NCBI RefSeq assembly: GCF_902652985.1
Contig: NC_047020.1
Span: 3,906,001-3,970,000, forward strand
DNA: 64,000 nucleotides
DNA from: Pecten maximus
Taxonomy: Eukaryota
Reading direction: 5' to 3'
The stretch's first letter is position 1. Each line of letters opens with the position of its first letter. The translations under genes and the position numbers were made by a program. Under the pieces are notes generated by a model. The model was not told where the DNA came from and did not search any database. It saw nothing but the letters and a program-made list of their open reading frames with translations. Shown here in pieces: positions 12,401 through 18,954 of the stretch.

Positions 12401-15400
12401 GCGATGCTCCGACAAAAGCGTTATCATGACCAGAAGTTGTCTTGGACCAAGTTTGAGCCAGGTGATTCTGTCTATGTCTTCTTCCCAAATATTCTGGCTG
12501 GGACCACCCACAAGTTAGCAAGCCGATGGCGGGGACCTTTTAAGATACTCACTAGATTGACAGAGGTGACCTATAGGGTTCCGTGTGGTTATAGGGGAAA
12601 GACTCAAGTGATCCATGCTGACCGCATGAGACCGAGACACCCCCAAATATTGCGTGGTGAAAGTAGAGCGGAAGCATTCGGACGAAAAGATGTGCAAGTT
12701 CAGGTGGATGAAACGTGTTTTGAGCAAAGTCAGAATGAGAGTGTAGAGAAAACTGAGAAAAACTTGGTGCTTGAGGAATTAGGTGAAAAATTCAGTAGTG
12801 AGAATGAGTGTGAACCTAATGGAGCAAACCCAAGGCGTACGCGACGTAAACCTCAATGGCATTCTGATTATACTTCATGCTACTAGAATGGTCACTACTG
12901 TTTAGTAAACTACCTCTCTTTGTCATTGCAGACATCCCCATAATGGTTAAGACCAAGACAACTCCCGTCAAACAGTGCCCTATGTGCTCCTTCCGTGCCA
13001 ACAACATGGATGACATGAGGAAGCATATCCTGGAGTGTGGCCTAGAGACAATGGAAAGGAAGACTCTCACGTGCCCTGATTGCAGCTACAAAACTTTCCG
13101 TGCTGCTAATATGAATCGGCACCGTAAACGTCATACTGACAACGACAGGAGTGCTCCCAAGGCTGTGGAACAGAGTTTGGAGGAAGACCGGCCTTCAACG
13201 TCATCCCAAGCTCCCGCTGTACAAACTGATGTAGAGAGCTGGAAGGCGCAAGATCCTGGTGACCTCCTGGGGGAGATATCTGAATCTTCTGAGGGTAATG
13301 GCTTGTCTTCTGAAGATGAGGGAGACAGTCTTCTGGTCGGGCGTACTATCAGAAGACCAACGCGACCAGAACCAGTTCGAGCCCCAAAGAGGAAGTCAGA
13401 AACTGCAACTTCAGTCAAGCCCCATCCGAAGGATCCTATCAACATGGTTCCAATGCCAGTGGTAAGCACTGCCCCTAGTGCAAAGAAAACATGCACCTAC
13501 GTTAATGTTGCCACTCAGACAGAGCAAGAGCCGCCTGCTAGCCGAAGGACTGTAACGAAGACTACCCGGTATTCAGAGGGAGGACGGGACATCCAGATAG
13601 TCGAGTTTTTCGAGTTCTTTGAGCAGGAGAACCTCAATCGCTTTTCCTAAATCGATTTTCATGTAACTTCCTGAATAAACCCTTGAGTGTTAGTTATTGT
13701 TTTAGCTTTACTTGTGTTAGAACGTGGGGACACGTGTTGCTCGGAGGCGTGGGTAGTGTGGTGAACCACTGTTGTGTATTATGTTACCTGTCGTTCCGGA
13801 CTGTCCGTCTTCTACTTTGTTTATTAGTCTCGACGTCAGGTAGATGTTTGTAAGTAATATACACCTAAGAGGTTTAGAAGCGTTCTAAAGATCCTGATTT
13901 TATAATAGGTGGCGCTAGTTTCCCTTTCGCGAGAGTATAAAAGGCGGCGGTCGAAACTAGATATGGTTCACTTCTTCGTCTGACACGAACGAGATAAGGC
14001 CGGACAAAAAGGTATTAGTTAAGATATAGACGTGCCTGAACAAGGCTTCCCTATATCAAAGTACTTATTGTGTATGTAATAACTTACGGTAGAGTACGGA
14101 GGCAGATGTGCCTGAGTAAGGCTTCCCTTCTCCGTGGGGACTCTAGTTAGTCTATGTGGTCGGTACATCACATACGTTGTAAGTGTATTAATATCAATAG
14201 CCTTGGGTCTGCTCGTGGTTTATAAGAAAGTGTCTGAGAGCCCCGAGTGTTGTACTGTACGTACATGCCTAACGTTAAATATATGCTAGGGAGTGCTCAG
14301 TAAGAAGTGAGTACTCAGTGAGTGCTCGGTAGAAGTGAGTGCTCGGTAGCAGTGAGTACTCAGTGAAGTGAGCGCTCGGTAAAAGTGAGCACTCAGTCAA
14401 AGTGAGTGCTCACTCGGTCAATGAGTGTTGAAACTCTCTTACCCTCATATATAAAGTAATCATAGTTGTATAATGTGATATTGCCCGGAATAAACCCCAG
14501 ATAGGGAAGATTCATTTTGGTCAGGGAGCACTCATTATTTCATGTAGTATATTATTCCGTTCTGTTAATATAACTAGCTCTCTGTTTAGGTATATTTGTA
14601 TTTCTACTGTAGGATTACTCAGAGGAACTGAGCAATCATTGTGTTATATTTCAACTGTATAGCTAGTTGGTACTTGATGTATATTACATAAACACAGCCA
14701 GGTCAGCTGTATATTTCTGTATATTTTTGCACTGAGGACTCGAGTAAAACTAATTATATGTTAGACAATATGGATCATCAGTAGTGACTGATACGGACCC
14801 TGTAAACGTCACACTAACTTCTTTCGTCGGCATCGAAAAAGATCGCCCCCATTATGTAAGAATTATGTATGTCCAATAACAATGCCCTTGCTAAGAAAAG
14901 GCAATAAAATATATTTATCAAAACAGCACATCTACTTAATAGAGCTTAGTATCCCTATAATACTTACAACGCTTGATCTGCGACACCTCCTCTGAGTAGG
15001 GGAGACTGAACACAAGGACTGGTACTACTGTAATGGGAACACAGGTTAGTAAATGATCGTTTACAATTAATGTGAGACTAAAAGAAAAGAAAATATTATT
15101 GAATTTCAATATTTTACCTAAAACGAACTTTTGTTGGAAATGTAATTTGTACGTACATATATTAACATTTAATATGGGATTTATGTACACGATGGCCATA
15201 TCGTGCTGATTATTGAACTATAATTATTATTCCGCGATGGTTCAAATTTTCATAGATTTACAACAAATGTAAACAATGTTATAGATATAATGAAACAGGC
15301 TATATCATATTTTCTCTATGTTTCGATATTTTATTTTATCATCCAACATATTGAAAATACAAATCCTGAATGCAGCAACCATTCCCATATAAGAATTAGG

Positions 15401-15550
15401 ATAATGACATTCAGGAAACATAAAAAAAACAGCCTTAAATCTATAAACCTTTCATTAGCATACCTATATGTCCGGAACACTTATTGATTTTAAATTAAAC
15501 CAGATCCCACACTCACCTGCCAACAATAGAGAAGTTCGGAGGAGCGCCAT
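432..15550 (-). CDS. Secreted cysteine-rich protein, three-finger/Ly6-uPAR-like domain (3'-partial; continues left of window)
   Basis: GT-AG exons with consistent phases: 15550-15517, 15027-14968, 3760-3678, 503-432. Joined: MALLRTSLLLAVVPVLVFSLPYSEEVSQIKRSSGPQCMACSLSDHPNQCTKTVRCEEDEVCYVEKVTLSGTTNKFNQGCTRRQ, i.e. signal peptide, KR site, CxxC..C..C..C..GC spacing. Family assignment is by Cys pattern only. Confidence 0.8.
1093..1136 (-). pseudogene. 5S rRNA-derived fragment (internal control region), possibly a SINE3-like relic
   Basis: Minus strand AAGTTTAGTAACGTCGAGTGTGATCAGCTCTTGGATGGGAGACC resembles the A-box to C-box part of animal 5S rRNA (about 34/44 against a recalled mollusc 5S); the rest of 5S is absent. 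Confidence 0.45.
1311..3283. repeat. 32-bp minisatellite (GGGTTATTCTACAGACACATGTCTGGTGTGTT), ~60 copies, 30-bp variants
   Basis: Direct tandem repetition; explains ORFs 1335-3353; lies in the intron between exons 503 and 3678. Confidence 0.97.
4241..4353. mobile_element. Small foldback/MITE-like inverted repeat (~41-bp arms)
   Basis: 4241-4281 ATTATCGACCTGTTTGTAGGTGAATACGGCGGTTTACCAAC vs 4313-4353 reverse complement GTTATCAACCTGTTTGTAGGTGAATACGATGATTTACCAAC. Confidence 0.7.
4500..5090. mobile_element. Degenerate long foldback (palindromic MITE-like) element
   Basis: Nested inverted pairs, e.g. TTTTGAGGCCTGACGCTGTAAA vs TTTACAGCGCCATGTCTCAAAA and ATCTAAATCAGCGGCTG vs CAGCCGCTGGTTTAGAT; boundaries approximate. 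Confidence 0.55.
6144..6429. repeat. 50-bp tandem repeat, ~6 copies
   Basis: AG(T/C)GCGTTTAG recurs at 6151, 6201, 6251, 6301, 6351 and 6401. Confidence 0.95.
6430..7486 (+). repeat. 5' LTR
   Basis: TGTGGTGAACC...GTCACA; TATAAAA at 6609, Inr-like TCACTT near 6641, AATAAA at 7162; matches the 3' LTR by eye except C6518 vs T13845. Confidence 0.97.
6964..7084. promoter_or_regulatory. Array of 8 palindromic GAGYRCTC motifs inside the LTR (also 14291-14411)
   Basis: Motifs at 6964, 6982, 6993, 7010, 7027, 7043, 7060 and 7077, mostly 17-bp spaced. A regulatory role is inference. Confidence 0.55.
7492..7506 (+). other. Primer-binding site complementary to the tRNA-Leu 3' end
   Basis: TGGTGGCAGCGGTGG, 5 bp after the LTR, is the reverse complement of CCACCGCUGCCA-CCA, the 3' end of eukaryotic tRNA-Leu(AAG/TAG). 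Confidence 0.85.
7595..12886 (+). CDS. gag-pol: Single-ORF Gag-Pol polyprotein (capsid, CCHC knuckle, aspartic protease, RT, RNase H, integrase)
   Basis: Uninterrupted ~1760 aa: CYKCQEIGHLRRDC, LVDTGA, YLDD, TDASD, H..H..CPQC, DILC/DQG/ERFN DDE core, C-terminal RRTRRKPQWHSDY. Start at ATG 7595 or 7601. Confidence 0.97.
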   Translation: MKMANGTPRIDLMDSEKRFGERSDQSYHSTPKQPMSKGSSHYRDSGFMSMHAADKTRAEKRDLSVLYSSMMDNHEDLSSPDEIDKEIEQMQEQLRRLDIENQSLRETSSRHGLKDSSTYKGNHCVRSKTESSPKVRFSDSTYSPHFDEGNKEDYITCRDSNQRRSARLKEKEHISSYDSARVKRMNPRAMLDMDDSDYEDQSSVRKHKTKFVSVKASTYDGTTPWRDYLSHFEACARINRWTEQEMGLYLAVSLRGQAQGILGDLPARKQEHYFSLITALEQRFAPPNQTELYRVQLLERRQRANETLPELGQAIRRLVNLTYPTVEVGVRETLAKQQFLESLADSDMRIRIKQARPDNLTDAIHLAVELEAYKKAEKHGNEGRSYLRTASTESTESTHSAKSEKSAMESMLSSIQQKLEKMQTDISQLQAVRKKQNRPAQQGQDAKNSTDRRCYKCQEIGHLRRDCPQLKKESKKASNGVANPVRTRTRKRSCKPSAGIGISSAAQEAGLYINAEVQHTKVKLLVDTGATVTILSQDAYEKIPEERRPKLKEVKNDIMAANGSELKVLGQGGFMIKPEGCRDVYFEAVVAKLSTEGILGLDFLKSRNGLIDLKRGSLVLDDVPVDTKYEGTLGCFRVVASEKITIPGKSEMVIAGELRSPAGEHMKSESLLIEGADSFLKNDKALVARSLVCYETTVPVRLMNLQEDPQTVYPGTNIARASPVTSVIETTSSSSCAPSGELRGDLHQLLQRSKEHLTPEQSNKVKSLLLAYKNLFAATDSDLGRTTVVKHKIETGDARPIKQPLRRVPAHLSPEVDRQVDDMLNRGVIQKSTSPWSSGIVLVQKKDGSLRFCVDYRRLNAVSIHDAYPLPRIDEALDHLSGCTWFSTLDLNAGYWQVELEREDRPKTAFSTRTGLYEFQVMPFGLTSAPATFERLMETVLAGLQWQICLIYLDDVIVVGKDFEDMLQNLQTVFERLLTAGLKLKTKKCQLFGKEVIYLGHVISEEGIATDNEKVKVVEQWPVPKNIKEVRSFLGFCGYYRRFVRNFSQIASCLHRLTEKDRTFEWTDACQEAFTTLKHQLINAPILAHPDFTQPFILDTDASDKAIGAVLSQNIDGNERPIAYAGRMLTKSERSYCVTRKELLAVVHFVKHFKHYLYGRRFTVRTDHSSLRWLLNFKAPEGQMARWLQVLSSYNMDIKHRPGSQHRNADALSRIPCRQCGFDPMWEKHTETETENTAMACSPKTKEDSEDQKSKFESSILQQKQEDDADIAVVFKWVREGEKPPYKEIGDRSIIVKTLWAQFESLVIHGDMLYRKNPNSATSLQAIVPAAERRTVLTHSHDNRSSGHLGIKKTLAKIRQSFYWPGIQNDVKQYVIGCPQCSKRKSSSKTKRAPMQMVESGFPMERIAIDILCELPSTQQGNRHILVVSDYYTKWTESFAMPNMEAQTVAKILVEEVIARFGVPYSLHSDQGSQFESSLFREMCLLLQINKTHTTPYHPKSDGMVERFNKTLVTMLSAFVNNHQTDWDEHLPYVMMAYRSTEHETTGNSPNAMMLGRETSTPLDIQYEMPRNIKTIPQNQWAWQLKEKMENAHELVRKHSKGAMLRQKRYHDQKLSWTKFEPGDSVYVFFPNILAGTTHKLASRWRGPFKILTRLTEVTYRVPCGYRGKTQVIHADRMRPRHPQILRGESRAEAFGRKDVQVQVDETCFEQSQNESVEKTEKNLVLEELGEKFSSENECEPNGANPRRTRRKPQWHSDYTSCY
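12943..13650 (+). CDS. Retrotransposon ORF2: 235-aa protein with C2HC + C2H2 zinc fingers, acidic region, NLS-like PKRK and TQT-type motifs
   Basis: CPMC-x12-H-x3-C and CPDC-x12-H-x3-H; splice acceptor CTCTCTTTGTCATTGCAG ends at 12931, just before ATG 12943 (an alternative in-frame ATG at 12877 overlaps the pol end); AATAAA at 13674. Confidence 0.85.
   Translation: MVKTKTTPVKQCPMCSFRANNMDDMRKHILECGLETMERKTLTCPDCSYKTFRAANMNRHRKRHTDNDRSAPKAVEQSLEEDRPSTSSQAPAVQTDVESWKAQDPGDLLGEISESSEGNGLSSEDEGDSLLVGRTIRRPTRPEPVRAPKRKSETATSVKPHPKDPINMVPMPVVSTAPSAKKTCTYVNVATQTEQEPPASRRTVTKTTRYSEGGRDIQIVEFFEFFEQENLNRFS
13743..13756 (+). other. Polypurine tract (imperfect)
   Basis: GGAGGCGTGGGTAG immediately before the 3' LTR. 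Confidence 0.6.
13757..14813 (+). repeat. 3' LTR
   Basis: 1057-bp direct repeat of 6430-7486. Confidence 0.97.
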
Positions 15551-15594
15551 TGCAGCAGACCGCTGGACGAACACCACAGATTGTGGGACGAGAT

Positions 15595-15628
15595 CTTTAT
15601 AAGACAGGCAGGCGACCGGTCACGTGAT
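15595..15628 (-). promoter_or_regulatory. TATA box and E-box of the Cys-rich gene
   Basis: Minus-strand TATAAAG at 15601-15595, about 45 bp upstream of ATG 15550; GGTCACGTGA near 15618-15627. Confidence 0.55.
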
Positions 15629-17729
15629 AACGATAACATTATCAAGGCTGCAAACTTCCTTATGGGTCACGAAACATCCTGGTACATGTAGCGTGTTTTA
15701 TTCATGATATATTGTTTTCTTGATGCCAATGTTGATCTTTGAAAATGCACATTAGAACCACACATATGTATTTATTGTTTGAGTATATTGGATAACTTAA
15801 TCAACACTATATCAAGTAAATGGTATGAATAATTGTATCAATTAACTAAAACAAGTGGTACCTTTGTTTATAAATAATTTGGAACTGCATGTTCCTGTAA
15901 CTAATAGATCAATGAAGAGAGGGGCAACATGCAATGGAAAAGAATGGGTGTCGGTATCCCAAACAGCAGGAGACGAAAACAAATTAGTACAGTATGCATT
16001 TCCTGAACCAACCATGACCTTGATTCGGGTCTCTTGCTAAATCCAAAGGATATAAAGGTCGGTATTGTTCTAAGATAATGATTTTGAAGTTAGGCACGAT
16101 ATTCGTCAGCCGATAGATTAGAATATTACGCAATAATGGATATTTAAGTAACATGTTGTATAGCAATCTATAAATATGATATGTTTACAAAGCTTTCTTT
16201 CCTAGGAAACGAGATATTTATAAATCATATACAAAAATGTAAAATGAAAATATCCATACATTTGAGTACCCGGGCACTGCTTTTATAGGAAGACAATACC
16301 AGATATCGTCAAATCTCAAACAGTGAGTAGTCCGACAACTACCTTGACTTAGAAATTGTGTAGTAAGTAATACACGTATGGGCCTTCATACCGTGATTCC
16401 TGTGAATTTGAAAGGCAAATATGGCGCAATATAAGTATTCTGTTGAATTGTTTTTCCAATCTATTTTTTTTCATTTGCATAGGTGTTTTCATATCTCTGA
16501 CATTGAACTTCTAGTAGACTAGGGTTATCTTGTTAATACGTTTATTACTGACAGTGTGACGGTCTATGTCTGACTATTCAATGTCCTTAAATTTGACTTA
16601 AATGTAATGTGTCCTTATCACTGAGTTATATCTGGGTTATTCAAATTAATGTTAAGGCCAACAGAAGGCGTTTACATTCGATCTTTATTTGAAATTTAAA
16701 TTGAAGAAGAAAATTACTAAAATAGAGTATATAGCTGACGATGTTTGGACGAAATCCAGAGAATACTGATGTGAAAAGACAATCGATAAACACATGGGCA
16801 TCTAACCAATACTCATTGTCATATCATCTTCATCTTCCCAATGAGACAATTATTGCGACCAATGGATTTCTTCTCGGGTCTCTATAAACCTGCACCTATC
16901 GAAACACTGTTGGAAGTTTGTCTGTTAGTAGCCTTTATCACCACAGACACGGTGACATATAGATAGCTTAGGCGGAGAAAGCAGGGATGCTACTTCAGAT
17001 TAATGGAAAATAGGTTTCGGCCCATAACCTTCCTGTTTGAGAAAAAAAAACCCTTTAAATATAGAAGGATCAGCTGAAGCTATTGTTAAATGGGAGATGT
17101 AGTTGACATGTAAATGTTTTATAATGGAGCATTGCAATGTGTTTATGATTACTGAGAAAAGTAGCTGGGTAATATGTGAATCACGATTAAATCTCCTCTT
17201 GCGTGAGGAAGAAACATGAATGTTTGTTGCTATGAAATAAATTATCTTAACCAGAAAATGCAACATATTGATATCATTTATGAATGCTTTTCATTCTACC
17301 TCGGGTGCTTCAGTATAATTCACAAAACTATACATATCTACACAACGGGTTTGTGGTTGTGTCTACAGCTAAGGGATCTAATAACTTGATCTTGGTCTAC
17401 AAACACTTTTATATTCCCAGTTTACAAAAGGAGCTAGGCTTGCTTGATATCTAGGGAGATTCTACCTTCACGTTATCCACAATTTATCAAAAGACGACAT
17501 ATTGGCTATAACAGATTTTTTTTTAAAAATACCAGCTAATAAAGAAAGTTTCAATCTACTTTATTGAATCCGTTTAAAATTAACATTTTATAGCTGGTTT
17601 GAGAAGTTCCTCAACTAAGTCATTATTTAACTTCCAACTACCATTCTTAGTAATGTTTAATCAGGGCTATCGTCCTATTGATATACTGTTTATCCAGAAG
17701 TAGGATTAATGGGCTGTAGATTTTGAAAA

Positions 17730-18060
17730 GCCTTGGTTTTTATTGTCCTTGAATAGAGCTATTGTGATATGTCTATAACGCTTTGGTTTATATTGTCCTG
17801 GAGTAGTGTTATTGTAATATGTCTCTGAAGCTTTGGTTTGTATTATCCTGGAGTAGTGTTATTGTAATATGTCTCTGAAGCTTTGGTTTATATTGTCCTG
17901 GGGTATTGTTTTTGTAATGTGTCTCTGAAGCTTTGGTTTGTATTATCCTGGAGTAAGGGTATTGTAATATGTCTCTACAGCTTTGGTTTAAATTGTCTTG
18001 GTGCGTGGCTATTGAAATATGTTTCTAAAGCTTTAGAGTATATTGTCCTGGAGTATGACT
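17730..18060. repeat. Degenerate ~50-bp tandem repeat
   Basis: GCTTTGGTTT(A/G)TATT(G/A)TCCTGGAGTAGTGTTATTGTAATATGTCTCTGAA recurs about 6 times. Confidence 0.8.
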
Positions 18061-18954
18061 ATACATTGTAGTTCTATTCGTATAGATGATAATACTATAA
18101 GGTTTTAACCACAGTATGAATCTTAATTTCTATCTAATCTAAATTCAATTTGTGATATTATAGTGATGAATATGTCTTGATATATTCATTCCGAAGCGTG
18201 TATGTCTTACAAAAAATGACAATCTGTATCAATGCAGGCAAAGAACATTTCAGGCTGACAATATTGGTAATTCTCTGTTAACAGACGTAGCTACTATTTT
18301 TCGATGACAGTTTGTTAAGGTGGTGAAATTATTTGTTTTATATTTAGGTCATAACAAAAACGGGGACTAAACGTTATATCAGTAAAATACTTTATTTTGT
18401 ATCAAAATGTCCTTCATTGATAATATGAATTTTACAATCAAACGTAACTAAGTATATACATAATATAATTAAAGAATTAAACACAAAATGAATGCAATAA
18501 ATTACCTTATTACCACGTAAAGCATACGTATTATGGTAATCACATGATGAATGGCTGTAAGGTATTCACAAACACGTATATTATATATAGCCGGTTTGTA
18601 TATACATTATTGATGACGTCATGTTGTGTTACGTAACCACATGAAACAGCTTACTGATATGTAAGGCATGTGAAGATTGGAAATGAAAGCGCTTATGCTA
18701 TACAAATGAGTGTTTCGCATATATAACATTGGAATTCATAATGACCAGACCAAACATATCTATACATCAATGTCCTAATATACATCAATGTCCTAAAACA
18801 CATCATTGTCCTAATACACATCATTATCCTCATACACATCATTTTTCTAATACATTTTTGAACGATTGTTTATTATGTTACCTTGTCAGAGATATTTTCA
18901 TATTTCAGAAATTGATCAAGCTACAATAAACACGAATTGAATCTTACGAATCAA

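Larger units (their letters stand above)
6430..14813 (+). mobile_element. Full-length Ty3/Gypsy LTR retrotransposon with an extra zinc-finger ORF
   Basis: Two 1057-bp TG...CA LTRs, PBS, purine-rich tract, intact gag-pol in PR-RT-RH-IN order, imperfect 4-bp TSD CTAG/CTAA. Confidence 0.98.
6037..14845. mobile_element. Small non-autonomous element with 21-bp inverted repeats and an internal 50-bp tandem array, interrupted by the Gypsy insertion
   Basis: 6037-6057 CGGTCTTTTCCTATGCCGACG matches the reverse complement of 14825-14845 at 18/21; the 50-bp repeat resumes (CTAACTTCTTT) right after the 3' LTR. Confidence 0.6.

Noticed and set aside
12877-12942. ORF2 as env with signal peptide MLLEWSLLFSKLPLFVIA
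   Set aside because: The hydrophobic stretch coincides with the splice-acceptor pyrimidine tract; no TM anchor or fusion peptide; zinc fingers and an NLS imply a nuclear protein.
7740-13496. Short antisense ORFs within the retrotransposon
   Set aside because: Shadow ORFs of the coding strand without recognisable motifs.
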